Source of the DNA: a phage
Reading direction: 5' to 3' (one strand)
DNA: 64,000 nucleotides
Sequence record: PZ452582.1
In this document: positions 27,261 through 37,294 of the stretch, piece by piece
Layout: each line of letters opens with the position of its first letter
How positions within the stretch are numbered: the first letter of the stretch is position 1
The notes under the pieces: generated by a model
Seen by the model: only the letters and a program-made list of their open reading frames with translations
The model's database searches: none
What the model was told of the DNA's origin: nothing
Translations under genes and position numbers: made by a program

Positions 27261-29074
27261 CAATTGAAAAAGAAATTGAAGGATTGATTCATAAAACTAA
27301 TAAAGACCTTTTAAACGAGAATGCTAATAAAGATTCTCGTGTTTTTCCAACTCAACGGGACCTTATGGCTGGTATTGTGTCTAAACACATTGCCAAAAAT
27401 ATGGTCCCGTCTTTTATTATGAAAGCGCATGAAAGCGGAATTATTCATTTCCATGATATTGATTATTCCCCTGCTCTTCCATTTACTAATTGTTGTTTAG
27501 TAGATTTAAAAGGAATGCTTGAGAACGGATTTAAGCTTGGTAATGCACAGATTGAAACTCCTAAATCAATTGGAGTTGCTACTGCAATTATGGCACAAAT
27601 TACTGCACAGGTTGCTTCCCATCAATACGGCGGAACGACTTTTGCTAATGTAGATAAAGTACTTTCTCCTTATGTTAAACGCACCTATGCAAAACATATT
27701 GAGGATGCAGAAAAATGGCAAATCGCTGATGCGTTGAATTATGCTCAATCTAAAACAGAAAAAGACGTATACGATGCATTCCAAGCTTATGAATATGAAG
27801 TAAATACTCTCTTTAGTTCAAACGGGCAAACACCTTTTGTAACAATTACATTTGGTACAGGAACTGACTGGACTGAACGAATGATTCAGAAAGCAATTCT
27901 GAAAAATCGTATTAAAGGTCTCGGTCGTGATGGGATAACTCCTATTTTCCCTAAGCTTGTTATGTTCGTTGAAGAAGGTGTTAATCTTTATAAAGACGAT
28001 CCGAATTACGACATTAAGCAACTTGCTCTAGAGTGCGCAAGCAAAAGGATGTATCCTGATATTATTTCAGCTAAGAACAATAAAGCTATCACTGGTTCAT
28101 CTGTTCCTGTTTCTCCAATGGGTTGCCGTAGTTTCTTGAGCGTATGGAAAGATTCGACTGGTAATGAAATTCTTGATGGACGTAATAATCTTGGTGTTGT
28201 AACACTGAATCTTCCTCGCATCGCGTTAGATTCTTATATTGGAACACAATTCAATGAACAGAAATTTGTTGAGCTATTTAATGAACGAATGGATTTATGT
28301 TTTGAAGCTTTGATGTGTAGAATTAGTTCCTTAAAAGGAGTTAAAGCTACTGTTGCTCCTATTCTTTACCAAGAAGGTGCATTCGGGGTTCGTCTTAAAC
28401 CTGATGACGACATAATTGAGTTATTTAAAAACGGTAGAAGTTCAGTGTCTTTAGGATACATTGGTATTCACGAATTGAATATTCTTGTCGGTCGTGATAT
28501 TGGACGAGAAATTTTAACTAAAATGAATGCTCATCTTAAACAGTGGACTGAAAGAACTGGATTTGCTTTTAGTTTATATTCGACTCCTGCTGAAAACCTT
28601 TGTTATCGCTTCTGTAAACTCGATACAGAAAAATATGGAAGCGTAAAAGATGTTACCGATAAAGGCTGGTACACTAACAGTTTCCATGTTTCAGTAGAAG
28701 AAAATATTACTCCGTTTGAAAAGATTTCTCGCGAAGCCCCGTATCATTTCATTGCAACAGGTGGTCACATTTCTTATGTTGAACTTCCTGATATGAAAAA
28801 TAACTTAAAAGGTCTTGAGGCTGTATGGGATTATGCTGCACAACATTTAGATTATTTTGGTGTTAATATGCCAGTAGATAAATGTTTTACATGTGGAAGT
28901 ACCCATGAAATGACTCCTACTGAAAACGGATTTGTTTGTTCTATTTGTGGAGAAACTGATCCTAAAAAGATGAACACAATAAGAAGAACATGTGGTTATT
29001 TGGGAAATCCGAACGAACGCGGATTTAATCTCGGTAAAAATAAAGAAATCATGCATAGGGTTAAACACCAATGA
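27257..29074 (+). CDS. nrdD: anaerobic ribonucleotide reductase NrdD (class III, glycyl radical)
   Basis: 605 aa continuous ORF; C-terminal zinc ribbon CFTCGS...CSICG. Confidence 0.95.
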   Translation: MTIEKEIEGLIHKTNKDLLNENANKDSRVFPTQRDLMAGIVSKHIAKNMVPSFIMKAHESGIIHFHDIDYSPALPFTNCCLVDLKGMLENGFKLGNAQIETPKSIGVATAIMAQITAQVASHQYGGTTFANVDKVLSPYVKRTYAKHIEDAEKWQIADALNYAQSKTEKDVYDAFQAYEYEVNTLFSSNGQTPFVTITFGTGTDWTERMIQKAILKNRIKGLGRDGITPIFPKLVMFVEEGVNLYKDDPNYDIKQLALECASKRMYPDIISAKNNKAITGSSVPVSPMGCRSFLSVWKDSTGNEILDGRNNLGVVTLNLPRIALDSYIGTQFNEQKFVELFNERMDLCFEALMCRISSLKGVKATVAPILYQEGAFGVRLKPDDDIIELFKNGRSSVSLGYIGIHELNILVGRDIGREILTKMNAHLKQWTERTGFAFSLYSTPAENLCYRFCKLDTEKYGSVKDVTDKGWYTNSFHVSVEENITPFEKISREAPYHFIATGGHISYVELPDMKNNLKGLEAVWDYAAQHLDYFGVNMPVDKCFTCGSTHEMTPTENGFVCSICGETDPKKMNTIRRTCGYLGNPNERGFNLGKNKEIMHRVKHQ

Positions 29075-29541
29075 ATTACGATAGATTTTATCCCTGTGAT
29101 TTTGTGAATGGCCCTGGATGCAGGGTCGTTCTTTTCGTTACAGGTTGTTTGCATAAATGCGAAGGGTGTTATAATAAATCGACATGGAATGCTAGAAATG
29201 GTGTTCCATTCACTGGTGAAACACTAGAACAATTAATTGAATGTTTGAATAATGATTATATAGAAGGATTGACTATAACCGGAGGTGACCCTCTCTATCC
29301 TGATAACAGAGACGTGATTCACTCTGTGGTTCAAACTATTAAAAATCTTTATCCCAATAAAAGCATTTGGTTGTGGACAGGATATAAGTTTGAAGATATT
29401 AAACAACTAGAAATGCTTAAATATGTTGATGTTATTATTGATGGGAAGTATGAGAAAAATCTTCCGACTAAAAAGCTGTGGCGAGGATCAGATAATCAGC
29501 GACTTTGGTCAAATACCGATGGGGTGTGGACACATGATTAA
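29071..29541 (+). CDS. nrdG: anaerobic RNR activating enzyme NrdG (radical SAM)
   Basis: 156 aa; CLHKCEGCYN radical-SAM cysteine motif; ATGA overlap with nrdD. Confidence 0.9.
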   Translation: MNYDRFYPCDFVNGPGCRVVLFVTGCLHKCEGCYNKSTWNARNGVPFTGETLEQLIECLNNDYIEGLTITGGDPLYPDNRDVIHSVVQTIKNLYPNKSIWLWTGYKFEDIKQLEMLKYVDVIIDGKYEKNLPTKKLWRGSDNQRLWSNTDGVWTHD

Positions 29542-29656
29542 ATTGAATTACATTATGGATACTATAAATGATATGATTTTTCATTTTGGTCCAGAATTTT
29601 ATTCGCAATATAGTTTAGTGCTTATCAATGCTTGGTTAATCAATTAAGGGTAAAAT

Positions 29657-29869
29657 ATGTATAAATTTCGTAAAGGTTTAGCTGATTTTCTTACAACTGT
29701 AACATTCTTTCTGTTTATGGCAGTTGGAGCTATTTTCCTTATTCCTTTTATTGCTATATTTTTCGTGATTAGTTTAATTTCTCCAGAAAAGGGCTTATCT
29801 TCTAGTGAGTTCAATAAGCGTCTGGATAAAATTACTAACAAGCTGAATGCTGCTCTTAGTAAGGAATAG
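29657..29869 (+). CDS. small membrane protein (70 aa)
   Basis: Two hydrophobic segments; SD aaggg. Confidence 0.5.
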   Translation: MYKFRKGLADFLTTVTFFLFMAVGAIFLIPFIAIFFVISLISPEKGLSSSEFNKRLDKITNKLNAALSKE

Positions 29870-29871
29870 TT

Positions 29872-30180
29872 GTGAAACAAAATAAGATTGAAGTCTATGG
29901 AATTCCAGATGAAGTAGGTCGTTGTCCTGGATGTCAATCAGTTACAAAACTTCTAAAGGAGCTCAATGCTCCTTTTACTTTCTATAAAGTTCTTACAAAT
30001 AATGGTAAGATTGAGTATGATCGTCCGCTGATTGTATCTCTTGCTAAACGCGCTGGATTCACATCTCTTAACATTCGTTATCCAGTCATTTTCATTAATG
30101 ATTCTAGACAAAAGAACATTAAACACTTCAAAGAAACTCTCATTTCACTTGGATATGATAGAGATATCATAGAAGACTAA
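29872..30180 (+). CDS. nrdH: glutaredoxin-like protein NrdH
   Basis: GTG start with SD aagga; CPGC redox motif; position after nrdG. Confidence 0.7.
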   Translation: MKQNKIEVYGIPDEVGRCPGCQSVTKLLKELNAPFTFYKVLTNNGKIEYDRPLIVSLAKRAGFTSLNIRYPVIFINDSRQKNIKHFKETLISLGYDRDIIED

Positions 30181-30184
30181 GACG

Positions 30185-30207
30185 GGCCCTCTGGGCCTTT
30201 CTTTCTT
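30185..30207 (+). terminator. rho-independent terminator
   Basis: ggccc-tct-gggcc hairpin followed by T-rich tract. Confidence 0.6.
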
Positions 30208-30279
30208 ACATTCTGTATATTACCATTCTAAGCTATCGTTCCCTTCTTATCATTCCCTAAAATAATTTTCACAAAGTTG

Positions 30280-30308
30280 TTTACAACAAGTTCAAACCGT
30301 GGTATTAT
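30280..30308 (+). promoter_or_regulatory. early promoter (TTTACA-17-TATTAT)
   Basis: GTTTAC motif with ttttcacaaag upstream element. Confidence 0.6.
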
Positions 30309-30338
30309 TAACATATGAATTGCCTTTGAGGATTTGAT

Positions 30339-30521
30339 ATGGTTGTGGTTGATAAAGAAATTAAAAAGGGACAATATTATTTTATTAATGGTAATGTTGT
30401 TCGTGTTACTTACGTAAATGGTTATGATGTTTATTATCTTATACTTAAGTTACATAAACACATGATTTGTGATCGTGCTGTATTTAGTTCAGTTGCTAAG
30501 GAAATTAAACTCCATGGGTAA
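30339..30521 (+). CDS. hypothetical protein (60 aa)
   Basis: ATG with SD gagg. Confidence 0.5.
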   Translation: MVVVDKEIKKGQYYFINGNVVRVTYVNGYDVYYLILKLHKHMICDRAVFSSVAKEIKLHG

Positions 30522-30807
30522 AACGTATCGTCGTAAAGACTTGAAAGTTCGTGATTATGACTATTTCGGAAAGCGTAAAGCCCCTGATGGGGTAAGTCAT
30601 AAAGATATGGTTGAAAACATTTTTCGCTCAGATAAATGGCGTAGAATGAAAGGCATTGATTCAGAAGTTAAAGATGAGCTAAATCGCCAATTACGTGGTG
30701 AAGTAAGAAAGTTGAAAAAATCAGTTTACATTGACGATGATTTTGATTATAATACTTCTCAACGAGTTGCTAAACGTAAATCAAACGAGTGTTATCGTTA
30801 CAGCTGA
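30514..30807 (+). CDS. basic protein (97 aa)
   Basis: ATG overlapping upstream end; Arg/Lys-rich. Confidence 0.5.
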   Translation: MGKTYRRKDLKVRDYDYFGKRKAPDGVSHKDMVENIFRSDKWRRMKGIDSEVKDELNRQLRGEVRKLKKSVYIDDDFDYNTSQRVAKRKSNECYRYS

Positions 30808-30946
30808 GGAAAATATGAATATCAAACGAATGCTTTTTAAGCAAGGGCTATATACTTTAAATGTTACTCCAAAAGGTGATACAACTAAGTGGTCAGTAAA
30901 TGACTGGATTAAATTTATTGATGAAAACGGTAACTGGAAAATTTAA

Positions 30947-31147
30947 ATGAATCCTGAATCTAAATTATCACAACGAATTGCCGAATCTCGTCGTCAGTTC
31001 TTTGAAAATATGATAGCCCAAGGTATTGATGATGAAGTTTTTCTAAACTGGTTTTGGAATCACAAATATTCAAGTTGCTCAGGAGCAATATTAATATCAG
31101 CCGCAATGATGTATGAAGGCTGGAAGGGTGCCAAAAAGTTTAGCTAA
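30947..31147 (+). CDS. hypothetical protein (66 aa)
   Basis: ATG ORF ending at a terminator hairpin. Confidence 0.5.
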   Translation: MNPESKLSQRIAESRRQFFENMIAQGIDDEVFLNWFWNHKYSSCSGAILISAAMMYEGWKGAKKFS

Positions 31148-31164
31148 GGGCTTCGGCCCTTTTT
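31148..31164 (+). terminator. rho-independent terminator (UUCG tetraloop)
   Basis: gggc-ttcg-gccc plus TTTTT. Confidence 0.7.
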
Positions 31165-31199
31165 GGATAATAAAATTTTAACGTAATTGAGGATAATGT

Positions 31200-31526
31200 A
31201 TGACTATTCAAATTAAAAACGTCATTAATTCTTACGCATATGATAAAGTAGTTTCTTTGCTAGAAAAAGGCGATATTGTAACTCCTCAAATTTTGGATAA
31301 ATGGGAAAAAGAGCTTCATCAAACGATGAAACAGAATGATCAGAAGATTGGACGCAATACTGTCCGTGAATTGTTGGTTCAATATATCTTGTCAGAATTT
31401 GATGTTAAAGCTTTTGGCGTAGAATCTAAAGCTTATCAAAAGCATGAAATTTCCGATAAAACTATTCGTCGCATGAAAAATCAACGCAAGAAAAAATTTG
31501 CAGACCTGAAAATTACTAAGGTATAA
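31200..31526 (+). CDS. hypothetical protein (108 aa)
   Basis: SD gagga. Confidence 0.55.
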   Translation: MTIQIKNVINSYAYDKVVSLLEKGDIVTPQILDKWEKELHQTMKQNDQKIGRNTVRELLVQYILSEFDVKAFGVESKAYQKHEISDKTIRRMKNQRKKKFADLKITKV

Positions 31527-31528
31527 TT

Positions 31529-31744
31529 ATGAACGAAGCTCTTATTAACGATTTGCGTCTTGCCGGATATGAAGTAAATACAAATGGCATTGGTTTAACT
31601 CAAATTGAAGGAAATGGATTCATCCTTGAGTATGAATTTAGCCAATGGTGGTTATACGCTAATTACGGCGAATTGATTGAATATGTTGATCAATTTGATT
31701 CACTAGATGCAGCTCTTGAAGCGGCTAAGTTGATGAATGTATGA
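31529..31744 (+). CDS. hypothetical protein (71 aa)
   Basis: Coupled ATG. Confidence 0.5.
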   Translation: MNEALINDLRLAGYEVNTNGIGLTQIEGNGFILEYEFSQWWLYANYGELIEYVDQFDSLDAALEAAKLMNV

Positions 31745-32010
31745 AATTTATTAATATTTCTATTACTATTGAAAATTATGGCATTTTCTATGTTGACCAA
31801 TACATGAAAATTTCATTTTTCCCAAATAAGACTGGTGTTGGATATTGGGAAAGCCATGTTTCTGAATTAAATGAAAGTGAATATGTTAGTACACATGAAA
31901 AGTTTTTAGACTTTTTATATCATGCTGATCTAACTAGTCATTATATAGATATTCATGAATTTAAAAAGATGATGGAGAAAGTATTCCAAGCATACTGTTT
32001 ACTTAGATAA
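31741..32010 (+). CDS. hypothetical protein (89 aa)
   Basis: ATGA overlap. Confidence 0.5.
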   Translation: MKFINISITIENYGIFYVDQYMKISFFPNKTGVGYWESHVSELNESEYVSTHEKFLDFLYHADLTSHYIDIHEFKKMMEKVFQAYCLLR

Positions 32011-32088
32011 CTGATATCCTCTATGCTTTAAGATAGATCTTCAAATATTATGATATAATAGATCTATGAATTGAGCTAAGAGGTGAAA

Positions 32089-32646
32089 ATGTCAGAAACT
32101 AAGCCTAAATATAATTACGTAAACAATAAAGAGCTTTTACAAGCTATTATTGATTGGAAAACAGAATTAGCAAATAATAAAGACCCAAATAAAGTAGTTC
32201 GTCAGAATGATACTATCGGATTAGCCATTATGCTTATTGCAGAAGGCTTATCTAAACGTTTCAACTTTTCAGGATACACCCAGTCTTGGAAACAAGAAAT
32301 GATTGCAGATGGTATAGAAGCTTCTATTAAGGGGCTTCACAATTTTGATGAAACGAAATATAAAAACCCGCATGCATATATAACTCAAGCTTGTTTTAAT
32401 GCATTCGTCCAGCGTATTAAAAAAGAACGTAAGGAAGTTGCAAAGAAATATAGTTACTTCGTTCACAATGTCTATGACAGTCGTGACGACGATATGGTTG
32501 CGTTAGTAGATGAAACTTTTATTCAAGACATCTATGATAAAATGACGCATTACGAAGAATCAACCTATAGAACACCGGGGGCTGAAAAGAAAAGTGTTGT
32601 AGACGATTCTCCTAGTTTGGATTTTTTATATGAGGCTAACGATTAA
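32089..32646 (+). CDS. 55: late sigma factor gp55
   Basis: 185 aa from ATG 32089 (SD aagagg); matches recalled T4 gp55 ([20 protein letters not shown]...). Confidence 0.95.
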
Positions 32647-32848
32647 CCTCTCCGGATTCTTGGAAGAAATACCTGAAGTTGAAGCTATTCCCTATTTACT
32701 TAAAATGTATCTCAGGGAAGTTTTAGCTCTTGACATTGATATTGATCCAGAAAATCCGTATGATACCGCTTTTAAATCTAATGGTGTAGAATTAAACTAT
32801 CGGTATCATTTAACAGATGATGATTTTTATTTTATATTAGAGAAATAA
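32630..32848 (+). CDS. hypothetical protein (72 aa)
   Basis: ATG ORF overlapping 3' end of gene 55. Confidence 0.45.
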
Positions 32849-32849
32849 T

Positions 32850-33167
32850 ATGACTGATAAACCCGAAATTAATGATGAAGTGGAAAAGCTTATTTCTTCT
32901 ATTGAAGAAAAGAACCGTCTTGAAGCAGAAAGAAAAGCAAATAAGTTATTGTCTAAAAACAAACGCGAACTGAATCGTCTTTATAAGCACGCTCAGATCG
33001 CAGCTGAAAATAATAATTTTGCTCAATACGAATATGCTATCAAGAAAAGTCGGGATATTCTAAAACAGCCATATAACGATGAACTCATCAGTATTCTTTG
33101 GAAGACTACTAGATCGCAAATTGAGGATATGATTGATGCTTACACACGTAAAATTCAAGCGTCTTAA
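32850..33167 (+). CDS. hypothetical protein (105 aa)
   Basis: ATG ORF. Confidence 0.55.
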   Translation: MTDKPEINDEVEKLISSIEEKNRLEAERKANKLLSKNKRELNRLYKHAQIAAENNNFAQYEYAIKKSRDILKQPYNDELISILWKTTRSQIEDMIDAYTRKIQAS

Positions 33168-33339
33168 AATTAATGCAGGATTTACTGAATCTTTGAATGG
33201 TCATCTTTGTGTGAAAATTTCTGAAAAAGAATACCATGATAGTTCAATTAAAGAAGTTAATCCTCCTATTGTAAGAGCAGACCCTAATATGAAAGTGTGG
33301 GTTGATTCTTATCAAGTCAAAAAATGGTGGCAGTTATGA
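33136..33339 (+). CDS. hypothetical protein (67 aa)
   Basis: Overlaps upstream gene by 32 nt; weak support. Confidence 0.35.
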   Translation: MLTHVKFKRLKINAGFTESLNGHLCVKISEKEYHDSSIKEVNPPIVRADPNMKVWVDSYQVKKWWQL

Positions 33340-33342
33340 AAG

Positions 33343-33516
33343 ATGAACACCCAGACTTCTGAAATAGATTATAATAAAATTCGTTCCTCTAAAGAGGAAA
33401 TGATGAGACTCTTTAAAGCGTCTCATGATAAAGCTAAAGCAGAAGGAACTATAAAATATAAGCGCATAAAATTTAAAAGTTCTAACGAGCCTCTGTATGG
33501 CGTATTATGTGGATAG
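33343..33516 (+). CDS. hypothetical small protein (57 aa)
   Basis: ATG ORF ending in the hairpin at 33515; weak SD. Confidence 0.35.
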   Translation: MNTQTSEIDYNKIRSSKEEMMRLFKASHDKAKAEGTIKYKRIKFKSSNEPLYGVLCG

Positions 33517-33582
33517 GAGCTTCGGCTCCTATATTGCTTTATAAATTTTTGGTAAAATAAACCAAAACAAAGAGGATATTAA

Positions 33583-34785
33583 ATGAAAGTATGTATTTTT
33601 ATGGCTCGAGGTCTTGAAGGTTGTGGTGTAACTAAATTTTCTCTTGAGCAACGTGATTGGTTTATTAAGAATGGTCATGAAGTAACTTTGGTTTATGCTA
33701 AAGATAAATCATTTACTCGTAATTGCGCGCATGATTATAAATCATTTTCAATTCCGGTTTTATTGGCAAAAGAATATGATAAAACACTTAAGCTGGTAAA
33801 TGATTGTGATATTCTAATTATCAATTCAGTTCCTGCTACTTCGGTTGAAGAAGACACTATTAATAACTATAAAAAAATTATTGATAACATTAAACCTTCT
33901 GTTCGTGTTGTAGTTTATCAACATGACCATTCTTCTCTTTCTTTGCGCCGAAATTTGGGATTAGAAGAAACTGTTCGTCGAGCTGATGTTATTTTTAGCC
34001 ATTCTGATAATGGTGATTTTAATAAAGTTCTGATGAAAGAATGGTATCCTGAAACAGTTTCTCTGTTTGATGATATTGAAGAAGCACCGACAGTATATAA
34101 CTTTCAGCCTCCTATGGATATTGCGAAGGTTCGGTCAACCTACTGGAAAGATGTTTCTGAAATTAACATGAATATCAACCGTTGGATTGGTCGTACGACT
34201 ACATGGAAAGGTTTTTATCAGATGTTTGATTTTCATGAAAAACATCTTAAACCTGCAGGACTAAGTACTATTATGGAAGGTCTGGAACGTTCTCCAGCGT
34301 TCATTCCTATTAAAGAAAAAGGAATTCCATACGAGTATTATCGTCTTCATCAAGTAGACCAAATTAAAATTGCTCCTAATTTGCCAACGCAAATTCTTGA
34401 CCGTTATGTAAATAGCGAAATGCTTGAACGCATGAGTAAATCCGGTTTTGGTTATCAGCTGAGTAAGTTGGACAAAAAATATCTACAGCGTTCTTTAGAA
34501 TATACTCATCTCGAGCTTGGTGCATGCGGAACAATTCCGGTATTTTGGAAATCTACTGGCGAAAATTTAAAATTCCGTGTTGATAATACTCCTTTGACCT
34601 CGCATGATAGCGGTATCATTTGGTTTGATGAAAATGATATGGAATCAACATTTGAACGTATTAAAGAACTGTCATCTGACCGAACTCTTTATGACCGCGA
34701 ACGTGAAAAAGCTTATGAATTTTTGTATCAGCATCAAGATTCAAGCTTCTGCTTTAAAGAACAGTTTGACATTATTACAAAATAA
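33583..34785 (+). CDS. agt: DNA alpha-glucosyltransferase
   Basis: 400 aa, near-identical to recalled T4 Agt (M..CIFMARGLEGCGVTKFSLEQRDWFIKNGHEVTLVYAKDKSF...). Confidence 0.95.
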   Translation: MKVCIFMARGLEGCGVTKFSLEQRDWFIKNGHEVTLVYAKDKSFTRNCAHDYKSFSIPVLLAKEYDKTLKLVNDCDILIINSVPATSVEEDTINNYKKIIDNIKPSVRVVVYQHDHSSLSLRRNLGLEETVRRADVIFSHSDNGDFNKVLMKEWYPETVSLFDDIEEAPTVYNFQPPMDIAKVRSTYWKDVSEINMNINRWIGRTTTWKGFYQMFDFHEKHLKPAGLSTIMEGLERSPAFIPIKEKGIPYEYYRLHQVDQIKIAPNLPTQILDRYVNSEMLERMSKSGFGYQLSKLDKKYLQRSLEYTHLELGACGTIPVFWKSTGENLKFRVDNTPLTSHDSGIIWFDENDMESTFERIKELSSDRTLYDREREKAYEFLYQHQDSSFCFKEQFDIITK

Positions 34786-34824
34786 AGGGCTTCGGCCCTT
34801 TAGCTTTATACGGAGTTTGATATA

Positions 34825-34965
34825 ATGATATTTCTTGGATATGTGATACTTTTTCTAGCGTTTTATCTGTTCACCAGAGCATGTTGGATTGGGTTCTTTA
34901 GCACTCCGGACGGATTTATTTCAATAATTTTATTTTGCATTTCAATGACGGTTCTTGATATATGA
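34825..34965 (+). CDS. small hydrophobic protein (46 aa)
   Basis: SD ggag; ATGA-coupled to gene 47; two hydrophobic stretches. Confidence 0.45.
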   Translation: MIFLGYVILFLAFYLFTRACWIGFFSTPDGFISIILFCISMTVLDI

Positions 34966-35981
34966 AAATTTTAAATTTAGGTGATTGGCATTTAGGTGTT
35001 AAAGCCGATGATGAGTGGGTTCAATCCATTCAGTTGGATGGAATTAAACAAGCAATAGAATATTCTAAGAAAAATGGAATTACTACATGGATTCAATACG
35101 GCGATATTTTTGATGTGCGAAAAGCAATCACACATAAAACTATGGAGTTCGCTCGTGAAATAGTTCAAATGCTTGATGATGCTGGTATTACCCTACATAC
35201 TGTTGTAGGAAACCATGATATGCACTTTAAAAATACTTTAACTCCAAATGCTTCTACTGAGCTTTTGGCTAAATATCCTAATGTTAAAGTATATGATAAG
35301 CCTACTACAGTAGATTTTGACGGATGTTTGATTGATTTAATTCCTTGGATGTGTGAAGAAAATACTGGTGAAATTCTTGAACATATTAAAACTTCATCCG
35401 CTTCTTTTTGTGTTGGTCACTGGGAACTGAATGGGTTTTATTTTTATAAAGGAATGAAATCTCACGGTCTTGAACCTGATTTCCTTAAGACTTATAAAGA
35501 GGTGTGGTCTGGTCACTTCCATACTATCTCTGAGGCTGCTAACGTCAGATATATTGGGACACCATGGACACTAACTGCAGGTGACGAGAATGACCCTCGT
35601 GGGTTCTGGATGTTTGATACAGAAACAGAACGAATGGAATTTATTCCAAACAATACTACCTGGCATCGTAGAATTCATTATCCATTTAAAGGAAAAATTG
35701 ACTATAAAGATTTTACAAATCTATCAGTACGTGTTATAGTAACTGAAGTAGACAAAAATCTAACGAAGTTCGAATCTGAACTAGAAAAAGTTGTGCATTC
35801 ATTACGAGTTGTGTCAAAAATTGATAACTCTGTCGAGTCAGATGACAGTGAAGAAGTTGAAGTTCAATCTCTTCAGACGTTAATGGAAGAATACATTAAT
35901 GCAATTCCAGACATCACTGATTCTGACCGTGAAGCACTTATTCAATATGCGAATCAGCTATATGTAGAGGCAACACAATGA
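34962..35981 (+). CDS. 47: recombination nuclease subunit gp47 (Mre11-like)
   Basis: 339 aa; phosphoesterase motifs GDWHLG, GDIFD, GNHD. Confidence 0.95.
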   Translation: MKILNLGDWHLGVKADDEWVQSIQLDGIKQAIEYSKKNGITTWIQYGDIFDVRKAITHKTMEFAREIVQMLDDAGITLHTVVGNHDMHFKNTLTPNASTELLAKYPNVKVYDKPTTVDFDGCLIDLIPWMCEENTGEILEHIKTSSASFCVGHWELNGFYFYKGMKSHGLEPDFLKTYKEVWSGHFHTISEAANVRYIGTPWTLTAGDENDPRGFWMFDTETERMEFIPNNTTWHRRIHYPFKGKIDYKDFTNLSVRVIVTEVDKNLTKFESELEKVVHSLRVVSKIDNSVESDDSEEVEVQSLQTLMEEYINAIPDITDSDREALIQYANQLYVEATQ

Positions 35982-36241
35982 CTTTTGATGAATTTAAAAA
36001 TGTTATGATGAGTCAGCATTTTGAATGCGAAGTAAAAGATGATATTGGTCATAAAGAAATTATTGAATATTGGTTTGAACCGCTAGAGGTTGAACATAAT
36101 TGTATTAAAAAGGTTACGGTCTGCACTGACTGGGCTGTATCCTTTAACTTCAACATTTTAGATAATGACACACCTAAATCATTGCGAGATATGGCCGTAT
36201 CTTGTATTAAGGATGCATACTGTGAAGTTTTCGACATTTGA
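35978..36241 (+). CDS. hypothetical protein (87 aa)
   Basis: ATGA overlap with gene 47. Confidence 0.5.
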   Translation: MTFDEFKNVMMSQHFECEVKDDIGHKEIIEYWFEPLEVEHNCIKKVTVCTDWAVSFNFNILDNDTPKSLRDMAVSCIKDAYCEVFDI

Positions 36242-36428
36242 CATTAATGATGAATTCATAGCAAACATTGATTATACCGAAGAAGATTCTAGATATGTTG
36301 GAATAATTTATATTACATCAAAAACAGCACAAGGCGTTGTTTGCATGGCTGAATTTGATGAATACTTTTTAGATTATGATGATATGATAGAATGGTCTAA
36401 AAGATACATTAAAAGGAATCTTTTGTGA
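36213..36428 (+). CDS. hypothetical protein (71 aa)
   Basis: 5' end shares about 30 nt with the start of the downstream HNH gene. Confidence 0.45.
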   Translation: MHTVKFSTFDINDEFIANIDYTEEDSRYVGIIYITSKTAQGVVCMAEFDEYFLDYDDMIEWSKRYIKRNLL

Positions 36429-37279
36429 AGAATTTTAAACTTGACATTAATGATGAATTTTTAATAAAGGAATTAGTTGAAAAATTAGCGTTGAGTGAAG
36501 AAGACGCCAAGTCTTACATTAATTTTATTTCTATGAATTCAACTGTTAAAACTCCAGGTAAAACGGAAGCACATCACGTGCTTCCTAAATCAATATTTCC
36601 TGAATATTTAAAATCTACATGGAATTTAGTTAATTTAAGTCATTTTAATCATTTTAAAGCACATTTCTTATTAGCAAAAGGTAAAAATGGAAAAATGCTA
36701 AATGCTTTAAATAGAATGATGTCAGGAAAAACATATAAAAATTTATCTTTAGCCGAAGTTGATTTAATAGCTGCTGAATATAGTTTTATAAAACAAGATG
36801 TAAGTGACACAATATCAAAAAGGCTTCAACAATATTATTCAAATCCGCAAAATAGAAATGCTGCTAGAGAAAGGGCATTAAAATATTTTTCAGTAGCAAA
36901 AAATAGGAAAGATAACAAAGAAAGATTAAATAATTTTAAAACAAAACAAAAAATTTCAATGGCTTCAAGGGAATGGTTTAATAACGAAGAAAATAAAATT
37001 AAACACCAAAAGGCTGTTCGTGCTGCTTTATCAAAACCTGAATATAAAATAGCTATATCAAATTCAGTAGCTGCTAGTTGGAAAAATCCGGAGATTAGAA
37101 AAGCTCATATAGCATCTCGACGAAAAGGCTATCATTGGGATAATAAAGATAAATTGTATGAATTGTGGATATCATATAATCGTCCTAAACATGTGATGTT
37201 TAGGAAAATGTTAGTTAAGAATGGATATCCAATAGAGGCTTCATTACAGGCTTTAGTTAAAGAATTTTCTTCATTGTGA
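36425..37279 (+). CDS. free-standing HNH homing endonuclease with NUMOD-like DNA-binding repeats
   Basis: HNH motif AHHVLPKS...NLVNLSHFNHFKAH; repeated IS.S..W motifs; GTG start overlapping upstream stop; AT-rich. Confidence 0.65.
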   Translation: MKNFKLDINDEFLIKELVEKLALSEEDAKSYINFISMNSTVKTPGKTEAHHVLPKSIFPEYLKSTWNLVNLSHFNHFKAHFLLAKGKNGKMLNALNRMMSGKTYKNLSLAEVDLIAAEYSFIKQDVSDTISKRLQQYYSNPQNRNAARERALKYFSVAKNRKDNKERLNNFKTKQKISMASREWFNNEENKIKHQKAVRAALSKPEYKIAISNSVAASWKNPEIRKAHIASRRKGYHWDNKDKLYELWISYNRPKHVMFRKMLVKNGYPIEASLQALVKEFSSL

Positions 37280-37294
37280 ACAATTGGATACAAA

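Noticed and set aside
32022-32058. Possible MotA box (ATGCTTTA) upstream of gene 55
   Set aside because: Spacing to the nearest -10-like hexamers is 15 or 23 bp rather than the 11-13 bp expected; not called as a promoter.
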